38,432 bases of DNA from Octopus bimaculoides (GCF_001194135.2 NC_068981.1:179016919-179055350); one strand, 5' to 3'; shown: positions 11,989 through 23,384, counted from the first letter of the stretch. Notes: generated by a model not told the origin, from the sequence alone. Translations and numbers: made by a program.

Positions 11989-12304
11989 TTTTATGTGTGC
12001 GTGTCTGTGCGCGCATTGTTGTTTGCTTATATATGTAATCTTTAATAGCTTTTTCATGCACATTCTACAAAAAAACGTTTACACGTATCCGTAAAACAAA
12101 CAGCAGGCAATTTTGGGTTGCGGTTGGTCGGTGAGGGTTTCACGTGCACAGCTATCCGTGATAGCATTGTTACACACTTGACTGGTGATGAGAGAAGCTT
12201 TAACGACAGGAAACCCGAATTCCTGGCTGTGTCTAACTCAGAACAGCTGCTTTCTGAATGAGCAAATGTTCTCTGTTGAAGGAAATGAAAGGGACTTATA
12301 TATT

Positions 12305-12475
12305 TTCTCTTCTCTCTCCCCGACCCTCTCTCCCTCTCTTTCTTTCTTTCTTCCTTTCTTTCCTTCTTTCTTTATTTCTTTCTTTCTTTCTTTCTTTTTT
12401 TCTTTGTTTCTTTGTTTCTTTTTTTCTTTCTTTTTTCTTTCTCGCTTTCTTTCTTTCTTTCTTTTTTCTTTCTCG

Positions 12476-12525
<50 letters not shown>

Positions 12526-12527
12526 CA

Positions 12528-12558
<31 letters not shown>

Positions 12559-12597
12559 TTTTTTTCTTTCTTTCTTTCTTTCCTTCTTTCTTTCTTG

Positions 12598-12632
<35 letters not shown>

Positions 12633-13102
12633 ACTTTCTTTTTTCTTTTATTCTTTCTTTCTTTCTTTNNNNNNNNNNNNNNNNNNNNNNNNNNNNNNNN
12701 NNNNNNNNNNNNNNNNNNNNNNNNNNNNNNNNNNNNNNNNNNNNNNNNNNNNNNNNNNNNNNNNNNNNNNNNNNNNNNNNNNNNNNNNNNNNNNNNNNNN
12801 NNNNNNNNNNNNNNNNNNNNNNNNNNNNNNNNNNNNNNNNNNNNNNNNNNNNNNNNNNNNNNNNNNNNNNNNNNNNNNNNNNNNNNNNNNNNNNNNNNNN
12901 NNNNNNNNNNNNNNNNNNNNNNNNNNNNNNNNNNNNNNNNNNNNNNNNNNNNNNNNNNNNNNNNNNNNNNNNNNNNNNNNNNNNNNNNNNNNNNNNNNNN
13001 NCTTTCTTTCCTTCTTTCTTTCTTTCTTTCTTTCTTTTTTTCTTTCTTTTTTCTTTCTTTCTTTCTTTTTTCTTTCTTTCTTTCCTTTTTCTTTCTTTTT
13101 TT

Positions 13103-13146
<44 letters not shown>

Positions 13147-13185
13147 ACTTTCTTTGTTCTTTTTTTCTTTCTTTCTTTCTTTCAT

Positions 13186-13221
<36 letters not shown>

Positions 13222-13730
13222 TTTTCTTTCTCGCTTTCTTTCTCGCTTTCTTTCTCGCTTTCTTTCTTTCTCACTTTCTTTCTTTCTTTCTTTTTTCTTT
13301 CTTTCTTTCTTTCTTTCTTTCCTTCTTTCTTTCTTGCCTTCTTTCTTTCTTTCTTACTTTCTTTTTTCTTTCTTTCTTTCTTTCTTTTTTCTTTCTTTCT
13401 TTTTTTCTTTCTCGCTTTCTTTCTTTCTTTCTAGCTTTCTTTCTTTCTTTCTTTCTTTCTTTTTTTCTTTCTTTTTTTTCTTTCTTTCTTTCTTTCTTTC
13501 TTTCCTTCTTTCTTTCTCTTTTCTTTCTCTTTCTTTCTTTCTTTCTCTTCTCTTTCTCTTTTCTTTCTCTCTTTCTTTCTTTCTCTTTTCTTTCTGTTTC
13601 TTTCTTTCTTTCTTTCTTTCTTTCTCTCTCTTTTCTTTCTCTTTCTTTCTTTCTTTCTTTCTTTCTCTTTTCTTTCTCTTTCCTCCTTTCTTTCTTTCTC
13701 GCTTTCTTTCTTTCTTTCTTTCTTTTTTAT
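12305..13730. repeat. About 1.4-kb (CTTT)n polypyrimidine array with N gap 12669-13001
   Basis: Seen directly; source of the FLSF ORFs. Confidence 0.97.
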
Positions 13731-13754
13731 AGAGTATAGAGACTGAAATAAATT

Positions 13755-13836
13755 GACAGACAGACTTATAGATAGAGATGTAGATATATATAGATACATG
13801 GATAGATACAAATGCAGATAAGTGGGCGTGTGGATG

Positions 13837-13912
<76 letters not shown>

Positions 13913-13913
13913 T

Positions 13914-13950
<37 letters not shown>

Positions 13951-14310
13951 TGGATAGATAGATAGAACGGATAAATAGATACATGGATCATGAGTACTGA
14001 TGGGAACAGAGAAAGGTACAGAAAAGTATGCATAAACACATACACACACACATAAAACACACACATACACACATACACATACACACGCACACAAACACAC
14101 ACACATACACACACACATATATATACACACACGCATACATACGTTTGTGTTTGCGTGTGCGTGTTTGTATGTGAGTTTGTGTATGCGTGCGTGTATTAAT
14201 ATATACGCGCACACACATACATAAATACATACACACACACATACATGCATACATATATATATATATATAAATATATACATAACACACACACACACACACA
14301 TATATATATA
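13755..14310. repeat. (GATA)n/(GACA)n/(CA)n/(TA)n compound microsatellite
   Basis: Seen directly. Confidence 0.95.
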
Positions 14311-14330
14311 TGGGCGGGGGGAGAATTCAC

Positions 14331-14500
14331 ACAAAAAAATGACGAAGACAGGTGGTATAGAAAACAAACAGATGTATTAGTTTAACGCTCGGGAAGTGTA
14401 AAAGTCTTTAATGTTTCGAGCCTACGCTCTTCCACAGAAAGGAACACAGAAAGAAACAGGGAGATAAAAAAAAATGTGTGTAGTGGTTAGCGATCTATCA
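14331..14500 (-). mobile_element. Penelope-like terminal repeat (pLTR) remnant
   Basis: Contains CTGTGGAAGAGCGTAGGCTCGAAAC on the minus strand, the ...GAAAC hammerhead-type motif typical of Penelope pLTRs. Confidence 0.55.
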
Positions 14501-14569
14501 TGGCGAATATATACATACATATATATATATGCATATATGTCATTTTTAGGACTAATGGATATATGTGAA

Positions 14570-15420
14570 TTAGTGTGTTGAGTAAAGCACGTTCGCGGTT
14601 TGGGCTACCTGGTGTCATCCATGGTTAGTGTATATTTTGGCTGGTTCTACTTTGGGAATTTCGCTGTGTTAGTTGACATAATAATGATATTTGATGAAAG
14701 GAAACAGAAGATAGATTCGGCACTAGTCTTTATTCAGTTCAACGATCGTTTCGACCCCTCCTGCGACTGTCCTTTATGGGTGGGATATTACGCATCCAAT
14801 TGTGTGGCAACATCAATTCAGTTGTCTGCCGAGTGTATAGCGAAGATCGACGCACCACCTTCCCTTAGCAGAGAAGGCAGGCAGGTCTTTCTCTGCATAG
14901 TGACTGTGGAAAAAGAGGCTGTGTGGTGGACCTGTCTGAAATGTTTGAAGACAGGCACATTCCTATCAGGTCGAACCCTCATTAATTTCTTCAAATATCA
15001 TTTGAAGAGGAAGGTGAGGCTAGAGAAGGAGGTGCTGCCTTCTAGTGTGTAAATCAAAAGGTGGTTGACAGTGGCAAGACTGGTGAGACTGAATGGATCT
15101 ACTCTGAATATGTTTTTCTAACCAGGAGGATAGAAACTGGAAGAGGGCACTTTTCCATGCCTTCGAGATGCCGGAGTAATCCGGGATTTTGTGTGGAGCT
15201 TACCCCGGGTTACTCTAAGTGGACTGCCCCGCTATTGGGGATTCTACTTATTTATTTTTCTACTTTCCTTTATATATCCTCTGTTATATTCTTTAATGTG
15301 GTAGTATCATCTTTGATTGATGTTAACTCCACATGTTTTTGTTTTTGTAATTGTTTTGTGTTGTAACACGTCCTTCGATAGTGTCCTCCATGTCTTGGGC
15401 CCTTCTGGCCAATAAAAGAA
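14570..15420 (+). mobile_element. L1/Tx1-like LINE 3' portion (ORF2 C-terminus and 3' UTR), degraded
   Basis: Translation ...VTVEKEAVWWTCLKCLKTGTFLSGRTLINFFKYHLKRKVRLEKEVL...KRWLTVARLVRLNGSTL resembles Tx1/L1 ORF2 ends. The 3' UTR ends in AATAAAAGAAAT. Confidence 0.65.
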
Positions 15421-15884
15421 ATCATCATCATCATCATCATCATCATTAGTATTATTAATCATTTCACCCGTCGCTACGTTCTGATTTCAAATTCCACCGA
15501 GATCGACCTTACCTTTCATCCTTTCGGGATCGATAAAATAAATACCAGTTGAGGACTCGTGTCGATATAATCGAGTAGTCCCCTCCGCCAAAATTCCAGG
15601 CCTTGTGCCTCCAACAGAAAGGACTATAATAATAATAATAATAATAATTATTATTAATGCAACGAGCTGGCAGAATCGTTAGCATGCTGGACGAAATGCT
15701 TAGCGGCATTCCGCCCGTCGCTACGTTCTGAGTTCAAATTCCGCTGTGGCTGACTTTGCCTTTCATCCTTTCGTAGTCGATAAATTAAGTACCAGTTGCG
15801 TACTGGAGTCGATCTAATCGAATAGCTCCCTCTCCAAAAATTTCATGCCTTGTGCTTATAGTAGAAAGGAATATCATTATTATT

Positions 15885-16375
15885 ATTTCTTGTTATCACA
15901 GGTTTTGTTGGAGCTTCTGGAGTTTCACATGCGTAGCGGGCTCGCTATGCTACTTGCAGCCTACGGTACCATGCTAGTCGTCCTTTATAGCTATCTAATA
16001 CTTTCTTGATTGTTCTGGCTGTGCCAATGAGGCAAGCCTTTTGTAACAGTCCTACTGGGCACTCTATTCCAATTTCCTTTATATTCCTCTTGATGCCTTC
16101 TGGTACTGTTCCCCAGGATCCAACAATAACTGGTATTAACTTCACCTTCTTTATTTTCCATCGCTGGGCTATTTTGTACTTAAGAGAGTTGTATCTATCT
16201 ATTTTTTCGCCTTCCTTCTTGACTATTCGTGGCTCAGAGGGGCATGCAACATCAACTCTATAGCATATGTGGTGCATCTTGTCCACCACCACGAGGTCCG
16301 GTCTGTTATACCTGCGGCCCACTTCTAGGAAATTGTGAACCATACCTGATTTATACTGCTTGCTATAATCTTATT
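15885..16375 (-). mobile_element. 5'-truncated Dong/R4-clade non-LTR retrotransposon (restriction-like endonuclease domain and 3' UTR)
   Basis: Translation NRPDLVVVDK...VDVACP...KKEGEKIDRY...IPVIVGSWGTVP...LQKACLIGTARTIKKVL has the PD..D..K RLE signature. The 3' end abuts an (AAT)n-type run. Confidence 0.85.
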
Positions 16376-16632
16376 TGTACGTGATATCTCACTGTTACGT
16401 AATTATAGGCTAACAAATTGAAGGTGCACAATTTTTACGGCTTCACTTGAACACGCGGTTGATTTTGGCCATTAAAAATTTTTTTTTTTACTTTACCTCT
16501 ATAGAAACGCCACTTCATCGTTCCAGTTCGGTTTCTCATTTTCTTTTTCTTTTCTTTTATTTCACTTGTTTCATAGTGGATTAAGCAACATGCTAAAATA
16601 AGACTTGCATTAGTTTTATTCTTTTATATGTT

Positions 16633-16726
16633 ACTAGCAGCTAAACCCGGTTTCACCCGGTCTGTTTGGATGATGTGGCTGTGATTGTTTTCGGTTTGCA
16701 CGACAGAGAGAGTAATGTTGATGGTG

Positions 16727-16779
<53 letters not shown>

Positions 16780-17644
16780 GAGAGAGAGAGAAAGAGAGAT
16801 AACTGAAATTTATCATTCAGTTTATTTATTTATTATATGTATATATATATGTATGAATGGCTTCAGTGACACACACTCACATACACGCACGCACACGCGC
16901 AGGTTGTTTTAATCGATTTTCTCTGTAAGTATGTGGGCTAGGAAAAAAATAGAAAGCGCGTTCCAATCTATGCACCCGTCTCCACATGTGTGCCATTTTT
17001 CATGCGAATCCACCCAGCCGTTTGGAGTTTATTTATGGAAAAGATTATGTTAAATGTTTGAAATGCAAATCTGTGAATGAAAATTAACTTCAGACCACTA
17101 CATGGTAGGTAGACCTTGTAGAAATAGCAAAATCTCCCTCAAAACACCCTACTGTATTAATGCGAGAATTCCGCGTATTATGTTAAGAAGTTGACGATAA
17201 GAATTACTTTAACAGAAAATGAACCTGTAAGAATTAACGGGTAAGTGGATATAGAATAAGTAATTGTTATACGCTTATAGAAAAACAATTTACATTATAG
17301 AAATTGATACATACCTGTTGAAGATTAAAATGAGCTATTGTTTTCGACGCGTGTATAATCATAGAGAAAGTGAAAGACATGACATGTCCGTTTGTGTGTG
17401 TATTTTTGGCGGGATTTTTCTTATTTAGCAGGAGCTGGTTTGTGTTTTATCTGTCGATCAATGGCCGGACAAGTGAAAAGGGATCTTTTGAAGTGGGCGT
17501 CGAATGACAGTTTCATGACTGAACTTCTTTTGAAGTTGTGGTGAGAGGGGAGAATTGGTGTGCGTGCGTATGTCTGTGTGTGCATGAGTGTGTGTTTGAT
17601 GGGGTGTGCGCGACAGACAGAGAGTAATGTTGATGGTGTATGTG

Positions 17645-17696
<52 letters not shown>

Positions 17697-18001
17697 AGAA
17701 AGAAAGAGAGATAACTGAAATTTATCATTCAGTTTATTTATTTATTATATGTATATATGTATGAATGGCTTCAGTGACACACTCACATACACGCACGCAC
17801 TCACGAACGCAGATTGTTTTAATCGATTTTCTCTGTAAGTATGGGGTCTAGGAAAAAAATAGAAAGCGCGTTCCAGTCTATGCACCCGTCTCCACATGTG
17901 TGCCATTTTTCACGCGAATCCACCCAGCCGTTTGGCCGTGAACCTCAAGACAAGAAAGAATACAACGGTCGGCCAACTTCAATTTATATTATAGATTAGA
18001 T
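16633..18001 (+). mobile_element. Lep1-like non-autonomous Helitron/Helentron with an internal ~330-bp direct duplication
   Basis: Starts ACTAGCAGCTAAACCCGGTTTCACCCGG and ends ...AATCCACCCAGCCGTTTGGCCGTG...TTTATATTATAGAT. The segment ~16700-17025 is repeated at ~17610-17935, including the (GA)n tract. Confidence 0.6.
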
Positions 18002-18039
18002 ATTTTCGAGATTGAAATATAAAGTTTCAGATATTAAGA

Positions 18040-18175
18040 CAGCCCATTTCTCTGCAAATGTAAATTATTATATTGAAACAATTTCAAAGGGAAATGGTGC
18101 AGCCGAAATTGCGAAACAGCTTAATATAAACGAAACAAAAATCAAATTACTTAAAAAATCGGAAAACAAACTCCA
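18040..18175 (+). mobile_element. Possible Tigger/pogo transposase N-terminal HTH fragment
   Basis: ETISKGNGAAEIAKQLNINETKIKLLKKSENKL resembles CENP-B/psq-type HTH motifs. No TIRs or DDE domain are visible. Confidence 0.3.
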
Positions 18176-19368
18176 TCATGCATTTTCATTAGCATTATGG
18201 AAACAATGACAAGTTTATTACTTTTGGTAGAAGACATGGCACAATATTACATACATGCATGCATACATAATACATACATATGCGCGCGCACACACGTGCT
18301 TTATCTTCTGCCCCAAAGGAAACGGTTTCCATTTATTATTACGCATGTGTGCATATGTGTATGTATGATGTTGTTATGTTCTGCTGGTCTCAATGCTCTC
18401 CCAGTTCTCTTTTGATTGCCCCAAATTGTATTTAGTGGAAATTCAGTACTTTATTTATAATGACAGAACTTCATTTTCATTCAAATATGCTTCATATGTT
18501 ATTCAAACTGTTAATTACTGCTAATGTATAGGGAATTCTGTCTCTTTCTCTCTCTCTCGCTTATTTTTTCTTCCATCAAGTAATTTTCTCTTAGTTCTTG
18601 ATTGCAGCCACAGAGTAGCTTGTATATCAAGGCGAGATAAATGTAGAATTCGCTCATCATATTCTCGTGAGAGTAGTGTCCCTTGATAACTGATAGCACG
18701 CCTGTTGAAAGCTCAGCACTTGTGTGTGTGTGTATTTAAATTCTTTTACTCTTTTGCTTGTTTCAGTCATTTGACTGAGGCCATGCTGGAGCACCGCCTT
18801 TGGTTGAGCAAGTTGACCCCAGAGCTTATAGTGGTGAGGCTTCAGCTTTGCAGGAGTTTTGAGGAATATGGAGTTAGTCTTTAGTAGTTTCCACTACTCC
18901 CAGTTCCACTCTGGTCCAAGGTGGTAGTACCTGTCAAGAACCCAGTTAAGGGCCAATTATCAAAGATAGTCCTGCAGCTAAAGCACGTAAGAATTGGAGG
19001 AGAGTTGGCTCTTAGACATATGTTACACAGGCCAACAAGCTTATGAATGCCCTGACATCATGTGAAGTGACAGTTCCCTGTCTGATGATTAAACGGGTTC
19101 TGTACCTCAAGGGTTAGGGGTTAGCAGGAGACTAACAGCGTAAACTGTAAGTAAACGAGAAGGCAACAGGGAATCACTGCTGTATCTTTGCCAAGAAAAC
19201 TTATCATAAATCTTCATACTTTGACATGGGGATTTATGAATGGTGTCACCTGTAAAACAAGCACAGCACCTACAGAGAAGGGGTGGGGGAGAGGGAGGGA
19301 GAAAGAGATATAAAAAACATTTCGGGATTGGACAAAAATAGACTCTTTTAATCTGTTTGAAATTACCA

Positions 19369-19399
<31 letters not shown>

Positions 19400-19429
19400 T
19401 ATTACTATTATTATTATTATTATTATGCA

Positions 19430-20080
19430 GCAAGCTGGCAGAATTGTTAGCATGCTGAGCGAAATGCTTAGCTGTATTTCGTCTGCTGCTACATTCCGAG
19501 TTCAAATTCTGCCAAGGTTGACTTTACCTTTCATCCTTTCGGGGTCAATAAATCAGTACCAGTTGAACACTGAGGTTGAATCGACTCATTCTCCCACCTA
19601 AAATGGCTACCCTTGTGGCAAAATTTGAAACCATTATTATTATTATTAAGGCAGTGAGCTGACAGAATCGTTAGATGCTGGGAAAAATGCTTAGCAGTAT
19701 TTCATCCCCCTTCACATTTAGAGCTCAAGATCCGCCAAAGTCGACTTTGCTTTTCATCTTTTTGGGGTCAATAAAGTACCAGTGAAGCACTGGGGTCAAT
19801 GTAATCAGCTATTACCCTCCCCCAAAATCTGAGGCCTTATGTCTATAGTAGAAAGAATTATTATTATTAAGGTGCTGTTTTAGCAGAACAGTCAGCATGT
19901 TGGACAAAATGCTTAGCAGTTTTTCTTTTGGCTCTTTGTGTTCTGAGTTCAGATTCTACCAAGGCTGATTTAACTTTCATCCTTTCAGTGTCAATAAAGT
20001 AAGGACCAGTTGAGCACTGGGGTTGATGTACTTAATCAACTAGCCCCCACTCACCAATTTGAAGCCTTGTGCTTATAGCA
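19430..20080 (+). mobile_element. Three head-to-tail tRNA-SINEs of about 200 bp (Meta-domain-like), separated by (ATT)n
   Basis: Repeated GCTGGCAGAAT.GTTAGC...GAGTTCAAATTC...GACTTTGCCTTTCATCCTTT.GGGGTC.ATAAA..AGTACCAG. Further copies at 6885-7070 (-), 15470-15870 (+, two), 29710-29910 (-), 31200-31350 (-), 35170-35470 (-) and 35950-36110 (-). Confidence 0.85.
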
Positions 20081-20107
20081 GAAAAAAAATATTAGTTTTT
20101 TTTAAAA

Positions 20108-20208
20108 AATTTATTTAAGAGCAAAACATCATGATCATCGTTTAACGTCCGCTTTCCATGCTAGCGGACGTTAAACGATGATGATGATGTTTTGCTCTTA
20201 AATAAATT
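20108..20208. repeat. Foldback palindrome: 46-bp arms, 9-nt loop, built from an RTE tail plus flanking DNA
   Basis: AATTTATTTAAGAGCAAAACATCATGATCATCGTTTAACGTCCGCT, then TTCCATGCT, then the reverse complement with 1 mismatch. Confidence 0.95.
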
Positions 20209-21079
20209 AAAAAAAAAAAAAAAAATGATGTAAAAAAATATCTTTCATATACAGATGATAATGATAATGATACATCTCTATATATTAAAGGCCACCTTTT
20301 TTTCCTTCTGACTAGTTCAGTCATGTGAAAATAGGCTACAAAATGAAAAATAGAGAGTGAGTGACTGGAGGATTAAAATGGAAAAGATTATTGTGGCAGT
20401 TTGGCATTGGTAAGTAGTGTCTTTCGGAAAAAAAAGAAAAGAAACCCTAGTCTTTTGTTTTATGTGAGAAAGACTTACTGCTGATTACAAATTTTAGAGA
20501 CAGATGGTCTTATGAAATAAAGAGTGAAGTACTTTGCAAAGATAAGGTGCAAAGCAGTTTAAAATTAACAAAAGCTCTAACAGAATGTTGTAACTAAATT
20601 TTCAAACCAACACATTGTTTTTAGAATTTGCTTGTCTGCAATAACAGGCAACCTGTTCACATCATGAAAGAATTGTCTTTGCTCCTGACACACCAATTAA
20701 AACTGGAACAATTAATATAATTCTGAAATGCCTTCATTATATATAATTGTCATTATCATTGCCAAATTACCATTGTCTTTATTTTTATTTCTAATTTCAT
20801 AGAGAGAAAAATAAAAAACATACATGAGCAAAACAAGAAACAAAACAAAAGAACCAAGAGACATTTTTATTGTTTTTTTTTTTTATTGATGAAGGATATT
20901 AGTGATAATATAACGAATAATATGTATTTTTGTATGAGTATCTGAGATTAATTACCAAAAGTCAATCATCTGAATTCCAGTCATCAAAAGAAAGTAGCAA
21001 TACAATTTTAATAACTGGTTCCATTGCATTCATTGCAAGAGACAACTTTTATGTTATTCATATTTGCATATAGAAAGTA

Positions 21080-21454
21080 CAGGGTGATTCAAAAGTTTCC
21101 ATACATAAGAAAAATTTTATGTTTTTATAAGAAACAGTTTATATGATCCCCTAGATCTCCTGATCTGACCCCTCTTGATTTCTATCTTTAGGGGCGTTTA
21201 AAAAGCATGGTGTATCGCGGAAAGGTAAAAGATATAAATTATTTGAAGGAACACATCACCAACTCATTTGCACACGTATCACCAGATGTGTTATTACGAG
21301 TTCACAATGAGTCGGGCAAACGTATTGCAATGTATATTCAAAACAATGGTAACCATATAGAGCCTGTTAAATAATGAAAACAAACACTGTTCTTATAAAC
21401 TGTTTCTTAAAAAGATAAATTGTTCCTATGTATGGCGACTTTTGAATCACCTTG
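21080..21454 (+). mobile_element. Internally deleted Tc1/mariner-superfamily element (375 bp) keeping only the transposase C-terminus
   Basis: About 60-bp imperfect TIRs CA(G/A)GGTGATTCAAAAGT..., TA flanks, and internal translation SPRSPDLTPLDFYL*GRLKSMVY...NNGNHIEPVK*. Confidence 0.85.
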
Positions 21455-22092
21455 TATTTTAAAGTCTGCTACAGAACATTGCTTCTCAATAATAAATTGC
21501 TTAATATGAAAAATATAGCATCAGCATTTGTCATGAAGAAAGAATGAGGACAGAGGTTTAGTACTTTGATCAGTATTAAATTCTGAAAAATGTATGAAAA
21601 TTTAAATAAAATATATTTTGAAAATTTATTCACATTTTGGATTCAGTTTAATTTGTGTTACAACAATATCACAACTGTAATTATCTCTAATTAGAACTAT
21701 TACCAGAGAATTCCTTCCTTGTACCCTCAATTCCTGGTAAGACCACAAAAATGTTGTCATAACAGACAGCATGTGTTTAACACTTTAAAACCTAGTAGAG
21801 CCTGCTCCCTCCCTCCCAGGTGTAAACATAGCTAATTTCTTCCAGGGGCAGACACAGAAGAACTGACTCTAGTACTGGACTTATACTTGATAAATTTCCA
21901 AAAGGATGTGATGGCAAAGCTGACATTAACAGGATGTGAAATCAGAATGCAGAGAACTGGAATGAATATAAAGCCCTCTACCTAATGCACTATCAATCCT
22001 GCTAAGTCAATGCTTATTACTGGGGAATTATTAACTGTTTAAGTAATGAGCATATAGATATCATTACAGGAGTTAATCTTAAGATGGAATTA

Positions 22093-23384
22093 TTAGGTTG
22101 TCAATAAAGTTCTTGTGGAATTTTTAATTTTGGTCTTAAATGATGTATTTTCAAATAAATTTTCATTAAATTACTTTGACTTTATATATCATTTTAAAGC
22201 CCGTTTTTTACTCTATCTAATCATGTTACTCTTTTTCTTTTTGAATTATTAGGCCATTTTTTTCTGGAACACTGAATACAACATGGACAAAAAGCAAATT
22301 CGCACAATTTTCTTATTCCAGTTCAAGCTAGGCTGAAAAGCTGCTGAAACAGCTCGTGATATCAATGATGTGTTTGGCTCAGGAACCACTAATGAACATA
22401 CAGCACAATGGTGGTTCAAGAAATTTCGTAGCAGTGACGAGAGTCTTTAAGATGATAAACGTAGTGGTCGGCCATCGGATGTTGATAACGATCAACTAAG
22501 AGCCTTAGTTGAAGCCAATCCATGCACAACTGTTCGAAAGCTTGCTTCTGAATTAGACGTAACGTATACGACAATTTCCAACCTCTTGAAAGAGATTGGA
22601 AAAACAAAAATACTTGAGAAATGGGTGCCGCACGAATTGAACAACAACCAAAAAAAACGCCATTTTGAAGTGTCGTCTTCCCTTCTTTTACGCAACAAGA
22701 ATGATCCGTTTCTCGACCGGATTGTGACTTGCGATGAAAAGTGGATTCTTTATGACAATCGGTGACACTCAGCTCAGTGGTTGGATGCTGACGAAGCTCC
22801 ACGGCACTTCCTGAAGCCAAAGTTGCACCAAAAGAAGGTCATGGTGACTGTTTGGTGGTCTGCAGCCGGTCTCATCCATCACAGCTTTTTGGATCCAGGT
22901 GAAACCATTACAGTGGAGAAGTATTGTCAGCAAATAGATGAAATGCATAAGAAACTCCGACAACAACAGCCAGCATTGGTCAATAGAAAAGGACCAATTC
23001 TTCTTAACGACAACACTCGGCCACACGTCGCACAACTGACCCTGCAGAAGTTGAACGAATTGGGTTACAAAACTCTGCCTCATCTGCCACACTCACCAGA
23101 CATCTCGCCTACTGACTACCACTTTTTCAAGCATCTCGACAACTTCCTACGTGAGAAATGCTTCAAAAACTAAGACGATGCCAAACACGCCTTCAATGAC
23201 TTCATCGACATCAGAATGCAGGATATTTATGCTACTGTCATAATTATTTATGACTTGTTTCGCGTTGGCAAAAGTACGTTGATTCTGATGGTGTTTATTT
23301 CAATTAATAAAGTTTTGTTTGAGCCGAGATATGTGCATCTGAATTTAAAGGTTAAAAACCACAAGAACTTTCTTGACAACCTAA
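22093..23384 (+). mobile_element. Full-length (1292 bp) mariner transposon, cecropia/Hsmar1-like, decayed
   Basis: 26-bp TIRs TTAGGTTGTCAA(T/G)AAAGTTCTTGTGG with one mismatch, TA on both flanks, and a transposase reading frame inside. Confidence 0.95.
22283..23307 (+). pseudogene. Mariner DD34D transposase pseudogene
   Basis: MDKKQIRTIFLFQFKLG...WVPHEL...IVTCDEKWILYDN...NDNTRPH...HSPDISPTDYHFF motifs, with at least four in-frame stops and a late frameshift. Confidence 0.92.

Noticed and set aside
12185-13739. Long 493-515-aa ORFs rich in F/L/S, and K/E/R-rich ORFs on the opposite strand
   Set aside because: They are translations of the (CTTT)n array and run through an N gap.
19107-19505. 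Minus-strand ORFs with poly-N/poly-I and possible acceptors near 19240-19280
   Set aside because: The ORF starts derive from a SINE head and (AAT)n; the remaining short peptide is unrecognisable.
19430-20080. Regularly spaced repeats that might suggest a CRISPR array
   Set aside because: Units are ~200-bp diverged tRNA-SINEs in eukaryotic DNA; there are no short identical repeats with unique spacers and no cas genes.
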